NCBI GenBank assembly: GCA_949297075.1
Contig: CASFRX010000024.1
Coordinates: forward strand, 7,651 to 71,650
Source: an uncultured Oscillospiraceae bacterium
GTDB lineage: Bacteria; Bacillota; Clostridia; Oscillospirales; Acutalibacteraceae
Length of the DNA: 64,000 nucleotides
Direction: 5' to 3'
The position numbers were made by a program, and so were the translations under genes. Shown one piece after another: positions 19,536 to 29,580 of the stretch (position 1 is the first letter of the stretch; every line of letters begins with the position of its first letter). The notes below the pieces were generated by a model that worked only from the letters and a program-made list of their open reading frames with translations, searched no databases and was not told the origin of the DNA.

Positions 19536-19670
19536 TTGGATATAAAAGATGCATGGAATCTATTTGCCAAAAGCGGCAAAGTGCAGGATTATTTGAAATA
19601 CAGGGAGATAGCCAATGAGGCTGAACACACAGGGACTGATAATAAGGGAGCAGCAGACGGGCGAGGCTGA
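19536..19670 (+). CDS. YqzL-like small protein (44 aa), not in the ORF track
   Basis: A TTG start sits 10 nt after GGGAG. The product (M)DIKDAWNLFAKSGKVQDYLKYREI... resembles YqzL, which lies between era and recO in Bacillus. Its 3' end overlaps recO by 56 nt. Confidence 0.45.
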   Translation: MDIKDAWNLFAKSGKVQDYLKYREIANEAEHTGTDNKGAADGRG

Positions 19671-20352
19671 CCGCCTCGTCACTGTTTTAACCCGTGATAT
19701 GGGCGTGATTCGTGCTTTTGTGCGTGGAGCACGCAGCATAAAAAGCCGTTCGCTTTCCGCAACTCAGCTTTTAGGCTACTCGAAGCTTTCAATTTTTATG
19801 AGCCGTGATGTTTATACTATTGACGAAGCTGAGCCCATTGAAGTGTTTTTCGGTGTTCGCAGTGATTTTGCCCGCACTTCACTCGCAATGTATTTTTGCG
19901 AACTGATTTGCGAGCTTGCGCCTGAAGAAACGGATTCTGCCGAGCTCTTATCTTTAGCCCTCAATACGCTATATATGCTTTCTAATAACAAACTGTCCGT
20001 CCAACAGATAAAGGCTGTTTTTGAGCTTAGGATGTTGAGCTTAAGCGGATATATGCCCAATCTTGTTGCCTGCAGCAGCTGCGGCAAATTTGCCGATGAC
20101 ACAATGCTTTTTGATACGGAAAGTGCGCAGCTGTATTGCAGTTCATGCAAGGCTCCTGTGCATTGCATACCGCTCACAATCGGTGTAGTTACCGCCATAA
20201 GGCACATTTGCCTTTCCGACCCAAAGAAAATCTTTTCTTTTAAGCTTTCTAATTCAGGCTTAAAAGAGCTTTCTGATGTTTCGGAGCGATATTTGCTTGC
20301 TACAACACAGCGCAGATATAAATCCCTTGAATTATATAAAACTTTTACATAA
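19615..20352 (+). CDS. recO: DNA repair protein RecO
   Basis: OB-fold N-terminus (GLIIREQQTGEADRLVTVLTRDMG). C-x2-C...C-x2-C zinc motif. Conserved position after era. Confidence 0.9.
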   Translation: MRLNTQGLIIREQQTGEADRLVTVLTRDMGVIRAFVRGARSIKSRSLSATQLLGYSKLSIFMSRDVYTIDEAEPIEVFFGVRSDFARTSLAMYFCELICELAPEETDSAELLSLALNTLYMLSNNKLSVQQIKAVFELRMLSLSGYMPNLVACSSCGKFADDTMLFDTESAQLYCSSCKAPVHCIPLTIGVVTAIRHICLSDPKKIFSFKLSNSGLKELSDVSERYLLATTQRRYKSLELYKTFT

Positions 20353-20362
20353 GAGGATAGTT

Positions 20363-21115
20363 ATGACACCTAAAGAGAGAAAGAAATATTTAATAAACCG
20401 CTGCTATTCGGCGCAGTATGCAAAGCTGCCTGATGCTTTCAAAGAGATTAACATATTGCGTTATCCGGGGCTTTGGATTAGCATTTTAGCCAACAGTGAG
20501 CTTTATAATATTCAGAACCTGACACCCGAATGTACCGATGTTCTTTTGAATACAAAAGAGGGCTACAATGCCGATTTTGAAAAGCTTGAATATACCTTGC
20601 AGGTTTTTTATGAGCTTAATTACAGTATGTTCAAAATGCGCTTTATCGGCGATGAGATTTTTGATTGTCCGTGTTTTGAAAAAGCAATAAAGCTGACTTT
20701 GCGCTTGCCCAAAATTAAGTATATTGAGGTTTTCTGCTCAGGTAATGTTATACCAACGGATGAGCAGATGCAGGTGCTCAGAAATCCCGGCATGACTGCG
20801 GTTATCAACTCAAAAGGGGAAAAAAACGAAGAATTAGCGGCAATATTTGAAGAAAAAGAGATTAACTTTGAAATAAGAGAAATTGAAGAAAAATGTGGGT
20901 ATTGCAAAACAACTTATACTGTTTTTGTGGAGGGCAAAGTTTTCCGTTGTCCGTTAACTGCAAGAGAATATGCAAACGGTAACGAAGCTGATGAAAAGAG
21001 CTTCGTTGATATTGTTGCCCGCAAGCTTCAAATTAAGGATTTGCGCTTAGCTTTATTTGATATAACAAATGACCCGCCGCCTGAAAACTGCGATGAATGT
21101 AAAATTAAACCGTAA
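20363..21115 (+). CDS. hypothetical protein with C-terminal Cys pairs (CGYC...CP...CDEC)
   Basis: ATG 20363 follows GAGGA just after the recO stop. The longer ORF-track start at 20276 overlaps recO. No family recognised. Confidence 0.5.
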   Translation: MTPKERKKYLINRCYSAQYAKLPDAFKEINILRYPGLWISILANSELYNIQNLTPECTDVLLNTKEGYNADFEKLEYTLQVFYELNYSMFKMRFIGDEIFDCPCFEKAIKLTLRLPKIKYIEVFCSGNVIPTDEQMQVLRNPGMTAVINSKGEKNEELAAIFEEKEINFEIREIEEKCGYCKTTYTVFVEGKVFRCPLTAREYANGNEADEKSFVDIVARKLQIKDLRLALFDITNDPPPENCDECKIKP

Positions 21116-21127
21116 TAGGCAATATAG

Positions 21128-21169
21128 AAAAAACTACCATGAAAACCTAAGCTTTCATGGTAGTTTTTT
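21128..21169. terminator. bidirectional terminator
   Basis: CTACCATGAAA (21134-21144) pairs with TTTCATGGTAG (21153-21163). Flanked by an A-run and a T-run. Confidence 0.8.
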
Positions 21170-21177
21170 CAGTGAGA

Positions 21178-22137
21178 TTACAGATTTACAGTATTGATCG
21201 GTTTACCTTTAAGGTAGGCAAATATGTTTTCTTTGAGAACGCCTAAGAGCCTTTCTCTTGTTTCAAATGCCGCCCATGCTATGTGAGGCGTGATAATGCA
21301 GTTTTCACAGCTGAGCAGAGGATTATCGGCTTTCGGAGGCTCGGTGCTGAGAACATCAACTCCTACACCTGCAAGATGTCCGCTTTTAAGCGCTTTTGCC
21401 ACTGCTTCTTCATCAAATACAGGACCTCTTGATGTATTAATAAGGTAAGCTCCCTTTTTGATTTTGTTAAGAGAACTATTGTTCACTAACGAGACTGTAT
21501 CAGGAGTGAGAGGGCAATGAAAACTGATTACATCACTTGTTTTAAGCACTTCATCAAGGCTTGTAAAGGTTATTCCCTTGGCATTTATGTGTTTATCGGG
21601 GTGAGGTGTAAAGGCGATTACCCTCATACCGAAAGAATTGGCTATATTGCTGACGCTTTCTCCGATTTTGCCGTATCCGACTATGCCGAAGGTTTTGCCG
21701 CAAAGCTCCTGCAAAGGTGCCTTCCAAAAGCAAAAGTCTTTACAGTTGGTCCATTCTCCGCTTTTCACGGCGGAGTTGTGGATTCCCACCTTGTTTGTCA
21801 TTTCCAAAAGCAGCGCAAAGGTGAGCTGAGCAACTGCGGCGGTGCTGTAGCTCGGTATGTTGGATACGGGTATGTTTCTTGAAGCGGCATATTCCCAATC
21901 AACTATGTTATATCCGGTGCTGAGCAGAGCAATGAATTTGCAGTCGGGTAACTGCTCAATGGTTTGACGGGTGAGGGGAGTTTTGTTGGTGATTATTATT
22001 TCACAACCTTCACACCGTTCTATTATTTTTTCATCCGGTGTTCTGTCGAAAACGGTCAAATCGCATTGATTTCTAAGCCAATCCCAGCTTAAATCACCGG
22101 GATTCGTAGTAAAACCATCAAGAATTACAGCTTTCAT
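21178..22137 (-). CDS. D-isomer-specific 2-hydroxyacid dehydrogenase (glycerate/hydroxypyruvate reductase-like)
   Basis: GIVGYGKIG NAD-binding motif and a C-terminal ITPHIAW catalytic His motif. Start taken at MKAVILDG, after AAGGAG. Confidence 0.85.
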   Translation of the reverse strand: MKAVILDGFTTNPGDLSWDWLRNQCDLTVFDRTPDEKIIERCEGCEIIITNKTPLTRQTIEQLPDCKFIALLSTGYNIVDWEYAASRNIPVSNIPSYSTAAVAQLTFALLLEMTNKVGIHNSAVKSGEWTNCKDFCFWKAPLQELCGKTFGIVGYGKIGESVSNIANSFGMRVIAFTPHPDKHINAKGITFTSLDEVLKTSDVISFHCPLTPDTVSLVNNSSLNKIKKGAYLINTSRGPVFDEEAVAKALKSGHLAGVGVDVLSTEPPKADNPLLSCENCIITPHIAWAAFETRERLLGVLKENIFAYLKGKPINTVNL

Positions 22138-22242
22138 AAAATTTTCACTCCTTTTGTGTTGACCTAACGCATAAAATTCTATATAATTATAATATATGTG
22201 CTGAAAATTTGCAACATATAAATTCATTTAAGTTAAGAGGCG

Positions 22243-22983
22243 GTGAGAACTCGATTGTCAAACAAATCTAAACGAAGTTCGGCTATGACTCTTGCCGGAG
22301 TTATTCTTCTTGTTCTCGCTGCTGTATTCATTGTTCTTTATATTGTTACATCAACTCCTGAAATCCAGCGTTGGTATGCAACATATGAAGAAATGCTTTA
22401 TAAGTTTGATATGGCTGTTGTTTCTATAGGCTACAGCCAAATTATAGCCCTTGTAATCTTTGCCCTCTACATAATTAAATGTTTTGTGCCTATCATAAGC
22501 GTACCGGCAATTTGCTTGCTTTCCGGTATGGTTTTTCCCACTGCAATAGCCCTTGTTGTTAATTTCACGGGTTGTTTTATTATGATGACCGTAAAATATA
22601 AAATCGGCTCTGCCTACGGCGGCGGCAGAGCCAAATCGGTGCTTTACCGCAATGAGCTTGCACGCACGCTAATTGAGCATAACGGCACAGGTAATCCGTG
22701 GTTACTCCTAACATTCAGGATAATACCAAGTTTTCCGATAAATTCCGTAAGCCAGCTTTACGGTTCATTGGATTTTAATTATACGAAATATATCGGTATT
22801 TCGATGTTAGGCTTTGCTCCAAGGCTGTTATCCTATACATTTATCGGTTCGAGTGTATTTGATCCCCTTTCTTTCAGGTTCTTCCTGCCTATAATCATCT
22901 TGTGCGGTATTTCGGGAGCCTCAATACTAATAGTAAACGCAATAATTAACTACATGCAAAATAATTCCAGAAAGGATACTTAA
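22243..22983 (+). CDS. TVP38/TMEM64 (DedA-related) family membrane protein
   Basis: Polytopic membrane protein with a VTT-domain-like pattern. GTG start. Confidence 0.55.
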   Translation: MRTRLSNKSKRSSAMTLAGVILLVLAAVFIVLYIVTSTPEIQRWYATYEEMLYKFDMAVVSIGYSQIIALVIFALYIIKCFVPIISVPAICLLSGMVFPTAIALVVNFTGCFIMMTVKYKIGSAYGGGRAKSVLYRNELARTLIEHNGTGNPWLLLTFRIIPSFPINSVSQLYGSLDFNYTKYIGISMLGFAPRLLSYTFIGSSVFDPLSFRFFLPIIILCGISGASILIVNAIINYMQNNSRKDT

Positions 22984-22984
22984 T

Positions 22985-24262
22985 ATGTTTAGCTTCAATG
23001 TTGTTAAAAAAGGTCTTTTAGGGGTAGATTTTGATTCTGCTTTAAATTCTCTTTACGGTAAGGATGCAGCTGCGCAAAAGGAGCGTTATCTGCGTGTTCT
23101 CGATTCTTTCGCTGAGCTTTACGGAACAGACTGTGAAGTGGGCTTTTTCTCAGCTCCCGGCCGCAGTGAGGTTTGCGGCAACCACACTGACCATAACCAC
23201 GGTAAGGTGCTTGCTGCGGCAATCAATCTTGATGCTATTGCCGTAGCTTCAAAGAATAACAGAGATGTTATCCGCCTCAAATCCGAAGGCTACGATATGG
23301 ATATGGTTGATATTACCGACCTTGAGCCTAAAAAGGCTGAGTATTCTAAATCAAAAGGTCTTATTCGAGGTGTTTGTGCCGGCTTTGTAGCAAGGGGCTA
23401 CGAAATCGGAGGCTTTGATGCGGCTACTGCGAATGATGTTTTGTCCGGTTCAGGTCTTTCATCTTCTGCCGCTTTTGAAGTTCTTGTTGGTACCATTCTC
23501 AATCATCTCTATAACGACGGCAAGGTTACGCCTGTTGAAATCGCTCAGATTGCCCAGTATGCGGAGAATGAGTTCTTCGGCAAGCCCTGCGGTCTGCTTG
23601 ACCAAATGACTTGTTCGGTCGGCGGCTTTGTATTTATGGATTTTAACACTCCTGCTAAGCCGGTAATCAAACCCATCAATTTCGATTTTGAAACCTGCGG
23701 TCATGCTCTTTGTATTGTCAATACCGGCGGAAGCCACTCAAACCTGACTGATGAATATGCGGCTGTTAAAAACGAAATGATTTTAGTTGCTCAGCGCCTT
23801 GGCCACAGTGTTTTGCGAGAGGTTGATGAGGCTCAGTTTTATAATTCAATCGACCTTGTGCGTAGTGCAGTAGGTGATAGAGCACTTCTGCGTGCAATGC
23901 ACTTCTTCAGCGAAAACAGACGAGTAGATGCTCAGGTTAGGGCTCTTGAAGCTAAAGAATTTGGCGAATTTAAAAAGCTAGTTATAAAAAGCGGCCAATC
24001 CTCGTATATGTACAACCAAAATGTATATTCTGTTAAAGACCCTGTTTCTCAGCCTGTTTCACTCGGTCTTTGCCTGTGCCAAGAGCTCCTTGAGGGCAAA
24101 GGCGCTTGGCGTGTTCACGGCGGCGGCTTTGCAGGAACAATTCAGGCCTTTGTTCCGGTTGATATGCTTGCTGAGTTTAAGCGCAGAATGGAGCTCGTTT
24201 TTGGAAATGGTAACTGCTATGTGCTTTCCATCAGACCTGTCGGCGGCACAAATGTAATCTAA
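22985..24262 (+). CDS. GHMP-family sugar kinase (galactokinase family)
   Basis: The SAPGRSEVCGNHTDHNHG motif parallels the galactokinase signature. GSGLSSSAAFEV is the GHMP ATP motif. Confidence 0.8.
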   Translation: MFSFNVVKKGLLGVDFDSALNSLYGKDAAAQKERYLRVLDSFAELYGTDCEVGFFSAPGRSEVCGNHTDHNHGKVLAAAINLDAIAVASKNNRDVIRLKSEGYDMDMVDITDLEPKKAEYSKSKGLIRGVCAGFVARGYEIGGFDAATANDVLSGSGLSSSAAFEVLVGTILNHLYNDGKVTPVEIAQIAQYAENEFFGKPCGLLDQMTCSVGGFVFMDFNTPAKPVIKPINFDFETCGHALCIVNTGGSHSNLTDEYAAVKNEMILVAQRLGHSVLREVDEAQFYNSIDLVRSAVGDRALLRAMHFFSENRRVDAQVRALEAKEFGEFKKLVIKSGQSSYMYNQNVYSVKDPVSQPVSLGLCLCQELLEGKGAWRVHGGGFAGTIQAFVPVDMLAEFKRRMELVFGNGNCYVLSIRPVGGTNVI

Positions 24263-24272
24263 GTTTACTATT

Positions 24273-24296
24273 GGGCGGAATTTCCGCCCTTTTTAT
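24273..24296 (+). terminator. rho-independent terminator
   Basis: GGGCGGA-ATT-TCCGCCC followed by TTTTTAT. Confidence 0.75.
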
Positions 24297-24313
24297 CTGA
24301 GGTAATATTAGAA

Positions 24314-25336
24314 ATGGATATGTTGAATTTATTAAAATGCCTTTGCAGTGCAAACGGCACTTCGGGCAATGAAAACGCCGCAGCTAAGGTTGCGGCAGAG
24401 CTTTTGAACGAATATATGCCTGTTACTGTTGATGTAAGAGGCAATGTTATTGGCGATACAGGTGTCGAGGGCAGCAAAATCCTCCTCGATGCGCACCTTG
24501 ACCAAATTGGTTTTACCGTTACCGCTATTGACGACAAAGGTTTCTTAAAAGTGGCAAGGGTCGGCGGTATTGACCCGATTGTTTTAGCCGCAAGCGAAGT
24601 TACGGTACATGGCAAAAGTGATATTTTCGGTGTAATTACTTCTACTCCTCCTCATCTTTCAAAAGGTGCGGATAAGAAGGCACAGGAAATATCCGAAATT
24701 GCCATTGATATCGGTATGACCAAGGAGGATGCGGAAAAAACTGTTTCTTTTGGCGACAGAGTTACAATGAACGGCGAAATCAAGCCCATGCTCGGCAGCC
24801 GTGTTTGCGGTGCGGCTCTTGATGACAGATGCGGTGTTGCTTCAATTCTTCGCTGCTTAGAGATTTTAGGCGAAAAAGTAAAGAAGCTTCCTATTTGCGT
24901 TATGTTTTCATCAAGCGAGGAAACAGGTGTGGGCGGTGCAAAAGTCGGCGGATTCAATGCTATGGCAGATGAAGCGATTGCCGTTGATGTCAGCTTTGCA
25001 AATGCACCGGGAGTTAAAGATACTGTTACCGCAGCCCTCGGCGCAGGCGTGCTTATAGGATATGCTCCCTCTCTCAGCTTTGAAATGTCACGGAAGCTTG
25101 AAGCAATAGCCGAAAATAATAATATTAAATACCAAGCGGAGGTCATGGGTTCTTCAACAGGAACTAATGCCGATGATATTGCAACCGCAGGCAAGGGCAC
25201 AAAAATGGCTCTTTTATCCATTCCTCAGCGCAATATGCACACAGCTGTCGAAGTTGTGGATTTAGACGATATAGAAGCTGCCGCACAGCTTATGGCGGCT
25301 TATATTATCAGCAGGGAGGAGAAGAAAAATGCTTGA
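24314..25336 (+). CDS. M42 family aminopeptidase (FrvX/CelM-like), copy 1
   Basis: LDAHLDQIGF, ALDDRCG and SSSEETG motifs of M42 peptidases. Confidence 0.85.
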   Translation: MDMLNLLKCLCSANGTSGNENAAAKVAAELLNEYMPVTVDVRGNVIGDTGVEGSKILLDAHLDQIGFTVTAIDDKGFLKVARVGGIDPIVLAASEVTVHGKSDIFGVITSTPPHLSKGADKKAQEISEIAIDIGMTKEDAEKTVSFGDRVTMNGEIKPMLGSRVCGAALDDRCGVASILRCLEILGEKVKKLPICVMFSSSEETGVGGAKVGGFNAMADEAIAVDVSFANAPGVKDTVTAALGAGVLIGYAPSLSFEMSRKLEAIAENNNIKYQAEVMGSSTGTNADDIATAGKGTKMALLSIPQRNMHTAVEVVDLDDIEAAAQLMAAYIISREEKKNA

Positions 25337-26345
25337 AATGATTAAAGAGCTCTGTGCTTTAAGTGGTATATCAGGCAGAGAGGGCAAAATCAGAGAGTAT
25401 ATAATTTCAAAGCTCCCCGAAGCAGCCGAATATTCAGTAGATGCAATGGGTAATCTGATTGTTTTTGTAAAGGGTAAAAATACCGCCAAAAACAAGGTTA
25501 TGCTTGCCGCTCATATGGATGAAGTTGGTATGATAGTCACATTTATTGATGATAAGGGATTTATTAAGTTTGCAAATGTGGGCGGTATTGATACTGCCGT
25601 TCAGCTTGGCAGAAGAGTAAAAGTCGGCGAAAAAGGTTTAACAGGCGTTATCGGTGTTACTCCTATTCATCTGCGCCGTAGTGACGATGAATATAAAATG
25701 CCCAAAGCTGACGAACTTTATATTGATGTCGGTGCAAATGACAAAAAAGAGCTCGAAGGCTTGGTGAATCCCGGCGATGAAATTGTTTTTGACAGCGATG
25801 CCGTTGAATTTAGCGATAAGCTCAAAGCAAAAGCGATTGATGACAGAGCAGGCTGTGCACTGCTTCTTGATATGATCATAAACGGCGTAGAATATGACAC
25901 ATATTTTGCTTTTACCGTTCAGGAGGAAGTGGGCTGTCGCGGCGCAGGCTGTGCAGCTTTCAGCGTTGAGCCTGATTATGCAGTAGTTGTGGAAACTACT
26001 ACTGCCGCTGATATTTCGGGCGTCAGCGGAGAAAAACAGGTATGCAAGCTCGGCGAAGGCGCTGTAATTCCCTTTATGGATGCAGGAACGGTTTATTCCC
26101 CTGAGCTTTATGCCGTCGCGAAGAAACTGTCAGCAGAAAAAGGGTTTAAAATGCAGACTAAAACCCTGATTGCAGGCGGCAACGATGCAAGAGCAATTAC
26201 CGGCAGCGGTAAAGGCGTTAAAACTCTCACTGTTTCTTTCGCAACAAGATATTTACACTCTCCCTCCTGCGTTATTGCCAAAAAGGATATTGAAGAAATG
26301 TCAGCCGCAGTGAAAGCAATCGCAAAGGAGTTTGCTAATGCTTAA
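25329..26345 (+). CDS. M42 family aminopeptidase, copy 2
   Basis: AAHMDEVGM, AIDDRAG and VQEEVG motifs. Overlaps copy 1 by 8 nt. Confidence 0.85.
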   Translation: MLEMIKELCALSGISGREGKIREYIISKLPEAAEYSVDAMGNLIVFVKGKNTAKNKVMLAAHMDEVGMIVTFIDDKGFIKFANVGGIDTAVQLGRRVKVGEKGLTGVIGVTPIHLRRSDDEYKMPKADELYIDVGANDKKELEGLVNPGDEIVFDSDAVEFSDKLKAKAIDDRAGCALLLDMIINGVEYDTYFAFTVQEEVGCRGAGCAAFSVEPDYAVVVETTTAADISGVSGEKQVCKLGEGAVIPFMDAGTVYSPELYAVAKKLSAEKGFKMQTKTLIAGGNDARAITGSGKGVKTLTVSFATRYLHSPSCVIAKKDIEEMSAAVKAIAKEFANA

Positions 26346-27063
26346 GTTTATTGAAACGGATGAAGAAGCTGAGCTTTTATACGAGTTTTGCAAAGATAGC
26401 TTTGGACTTTCCATCGCTTCTCTTTTACAGGCTTATCCGCCAAAGCTTGATATTTGCCGATTCTGGATGCAAATTACAGGCGATGAAATAACTGCCGCTC
26501 TTTGCAGCATGAACGGAGAAATAGTGCTTTCCTCAAACCTCAGAGCTGATTATGAGGAGCTTGCCGAATTTATAAAGACAATCGGCTATACAAATATCCT
26601 ATGCCGTGCAATGGATGTTGTAAGCCTTAATATGTTCGCTTCCGGCTGCGGTCAGGTTTGGCGCAGAGAGGCGATAGAGGCAGAAGCTGCCGACTATTCA
26701 ATTCCCGGTACTGCCGCCGAATTTAGAGCAATATATGAGCTGCTCAATATCAAAGGCGAATTTGATGAGTGGTTTGCGGATATAACAAGACGCATCAATG
26801 CAGGCACTGCGGATATGCGGTATATGGAGCGTGACGGAAAAATTGTCTGCACGGCTTCGCTGTTACATATCAACGGTGAAAAGGCTCTGCTCGGCGCAGT
26901 CGCAACAGAAAAGGATTACCGCAAACAGGGAATAGCAAGCGCTCTGATAAATACATTCGGTGAAAAAACATTATATCTTCGCTGCTTGCCTGCTCTTAAT
27001 CCGTTTTATCAAAAGCTTGGATTTAAAAGCGTAGATGTATGGGCAGAGATAAAGGATAAATAG
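26332..27063 (+). CDS. GNAT-family N-acetyltransferase
   Basis: C-terminal acetyl-CoA motif (YRKQGIASALI...FYQKLGF). Confidence 0.65.
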   Translation: MLMLKFIETDEEAELLYEFCKDSFGLSIASLLQAYPPKLDICRFWMQITGDEITAALCSMNGEIVLSSNLRADYEELAEFIKTIGYTNILCRAMDVVSLNMFASGCGQVWRREAIEAEAADYSIPGTAAEFRAIYELLNIKGEFDEWFADITRRINAGTADMRYMERDGKIVCTASLLHINGEKALLGAVATEKDYRKQGIASALINTFGEKTLYLRCLPALNPFYQKLGFKSVDVWAEIKDK

Positions 27064-27082
27064 TATATAGGAAAGAAAAGAT

Positions 27083-28345
27083 ATGAATTCATTTTTTAAA
27101 GTTGATGATGTAATTACTGCCGCTTCAAAAAAGGCGATGGAGGTTTCCTCTGCTTCTTTTGCAAGAATTGATGAGGTGCGTGCGTATAATCAGGAAAAGG
27201 TGCTTGCTGCTTTTGTTAAAAACAGCGTAAACGAAAGCCATTTTACCGAGTCAACAGGCTATGGTTATGGCGACAGAGGCAGAGATGTGCTTGATCAGGT
27301 GTTGGCTGACTGTGTCGGTTCGGAAGATTCCCTTATCCGTCATAGTCTGACCTGCGGAACGCATACTTTGGGCGTTGCGCTTTTCGGCTTGCTTCGTCCC
27401 GGTGATATTATGCTCTGTGTTACGGGTACTCCTTACGATACCATTCACGGCGTAATCGGAATTACGGGAAGCGGCATGGGTTCTCTTAAGGATTATGGAG
27501 TAACATACAAACAGGTTGATTTGTTGCCTGACGGCACAGTAGACTACGAGGGCATAGAAAAAGCTCTGAACGAAAAAATTGCAATGGTCTATATTCAGCG
27601 TTCAAGAGGTTATTCTCTTCGTCCCAGCTTGGGCGTAGCCGATATTGAAAAAATCGCAAAAACCGTTCGTGAAAAAAGCGATGCGGTTATAATGGTTGAT
27701 AACTGTTACGGTGAATTTGTTGAAAAAACAGAGCCTGTTTCCCACGGTGCGGATATTATTGCAGGCTCGTTGATTAAAAATCCCGGCGGCGGCATTGCAA
27801 AATGCGGCGGTTATATTGCAGGCAGGGCAGATTTGGTGGAAAAATGCTCTTATCGCATGACTGTTCCCGGCTTAGGCCGTGAGGTTGGTCCCTCTTTGGG
27901 ACAGAGCAGAGGAATGTTTATGGGTCTTTTCAACGCTCCCCATATTGTCGGCGAAGCTCTTAAAACGGCAGTCTTTGCCGCAAGCCTTTTCGAGGAGTTG
28001 GGCTTTGAAGCAACACCCAAATCAAACGAAGCAAGAGTAGATATTATTCAGGCTCTCAAGCTTTGCAACAGCGATACTCTTGTCGCTTTTTGTCAGGGTA
28101 TGCAAAAGGGTGCGCCCATTGACTCTAATGTCTGTCCCGAACCTTGGGATATGCCTGGTTACGATAGTAAGGTTATTATGTCTGCGGGTGCGTTTACAGG
28201 CGGCTCATCAATCGAGCTTTCTTCCGATGCTCCGCTTCGTGAGCCCTATGCTGTATGGATGCAGGGTTCCATGAATTTCGATAGCGGCAAAATCGGCGTA
28301 ATGCTTGCGGCTCAGGAAATCTATAAAAGAGGTTTAATCAAATGA
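27083..28345 (+). CDS. aluminium-resistance / methionine gamma-lyase-like PLP protein (YnbB family)
   Basis: HFTESTGYGYGDRGRD N-terminal motif and overall length typical of PF06838-type proteins. Confidence 0.75.
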   Translation: MNSFFKVDDVITAASKKAMEVSSASFARIDEVRAYNQEKVLAAFVKNSVNESHFTESTGYGYGDRGRDVLDQVLADCVGSEDSLIRHSLTCGTHTLGVALFGLLRPGDIMLCVTGTPYDTIHGVIGITGSGMGSLKDYGVTYKQVDLLPDGTVDYEGIEKALNEKIAMVYIQRSRGYSLRPSLGVADIEKIAKTVREKSDAVIMVDNCYGEFVEKTEPVSHGADIIAGSLIKNPGGGIAKCGGYIAGRADLVEKCSYRMTVPGLGREVGPSLGQSRGMFMGLFNAPHIVGEALKTAVFAASLFEELGFEATPKSNEARVDIIQALKLCNSDTLVAFCQGMQKGAPIDSNVCPEPWDMPGYDSKVIMSAGAFTGGSSIELSSDAPLREPYAVWMQGSMNFDSGKIGVMLAAQEIYKRGLIK

Positions 28346-29040
28346 GCGAGTTTAAATACAACGGTATAACTGCCGAAACCTTAATGCTTCTCAGCGAAAA
28401 CCGCTTCCGCAACAGCAAAGATTTTTATGAGGAGCATAAAAAACAGCTCAAAGAAGGCATAACCATACCTTTACAGCAGATTATTTGCGCACTTGCGCCT
28501 ACCATAGGTGAAATTGACGATGAAATTCCAATTGTTCCGTCGAAAATGGTGTCCCGAATTCGTCGTGATACACGGTTTACAAAGGATAAAAGCTTATACC
28601 GAGAAAATCTTTGGACTATGTTCATGCGTGATAAAAGGGCTTTGGCTTATTTTCCATGCATGTGGTTTGAGGTGGCTCAAAACGGCTATTCCGGCGGTAT
28701 AGGCACTTATTATGCACCGCCGAGAATGATGGAGCTTTTTAGGAAAGAAATTGCGGCAAGACCTGATGATTTCTACGATGCCGTAATTATCGCCGAGCGC
28801 AGTGGTACAGTTTTCAGCGGTGAGTTTTATAAAAAGGCAAAACCCGGTTGTCCTATGGCTGTTCTTGAGCCTTATTATAACTCCAAAAGCCTTGCGTTTA
28901 TGTTCCGGTTTTCCAATCTCAAAGAACTTGAAACGGCTGATTTCATTAAAAAAATCAGGCCTGTTTATGCTTCTTTCAAGCCGCTTTACTCTTTTTTACT
29001 CGATGTAGCAATGAAATATTCCGCAGAACAAGCTAAGTAA
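28342..29040 (+). CDS. DUF2461 (TIGR02453) family protein
   Basis: RIRRDTRFTKDKSLYREN motif. 4-nt overlap with the upstream gene. Confidence 0.75.
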   Translation: MSEFKYNGITAETLMLLSENRFRNSKDFYEEHKKQLKEGITIPLQQIICALAPTIGEIDDEIPIVPSKMVSRIRRDTRFTKDKSLYRENLWTMFMRDKRALAYFPCMWFEVAQNGYSGGIGTYYAPPRMMELFRKEIAARPDDFYDAVIIAERSGTVFSGEFYKKAKPGCPMAVLEPYYNSKSLAFMFRFSNLKELETADFIKKIRPVYASFKPLYSFLLDVAMKYSAEQAK

Positions 29041-29065
29041 TAGAGTAAGGATAGGAAAAGGCAAA

Positions 29066-29518
29066 ATGGAGCATACTGAAAATACGATTTTTACAAATAT
29101 GTGCATGATTTATGATGATGTAGGCAATGTTGTTGTACAAAATCGCACTAAGAGCTGGTGCGGATATGCTTTTCCCGGAGGACATGTTGAGCCGGGAGAA
29201 TCCTTTAACGATGCAGTGATAAGAGAAGTTTTTGAAGAAACAAACCTCAAAATTTCAAACCTGAGACTGTGCGGAATTAAGGACAGCGTTCGTGATGATA
29301 AAACGAGATACATTGTGTTTTTGTATAAGACAAACTGTTTTGAGGGTGAGCTTCGTTCGTCAGACGAGGGAGAAGTTCGATGGGTTAGCTTGAATGAGCT
29401 AAAAACTTTGAAACTTTCTAATACATTTGATACAATGCTTGAAGTCTTTTTGCGTGACGAACTGACCGAGCAATATTGGTACAGAGCCAATAATGATTGG
29501 ATTTGCGTGCATAAATAA
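29066..29518 (+). CDS. NUDIX hydrolase
   Basis: Nudix box GGHVEPGESFNDAVIREVFEETNL. Confidence 0.9.
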   Translation: MEHTENTIFTNMCMIYDDVGNVVVQNRTKSWCGYAFPGGHVEPGESFNDAVIREVFEETNLKISNLRLCGIKDSVRDDKTRYIVFLYKTNCFEGELRSSDEGEVRWVSLNELKTLKLSNTFDTMLEVFLRDELTEQYWYRANNDWICVHK

Positions 29519-29537
29519 TTGAAGAGTAAAAAAAAAC

Positions 29538-29580
29538 AACCGATGTGTCTGCCAAAGGGTAAGCACATCGGTTTAAATTT
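29538..29580. terminator. bidirectional terminator
   Basis: AACCGATGTG (29538-29547) pairs with CACATCGGTT (29565-29574). A-run before, T-rich after. Confidence 0.75.
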
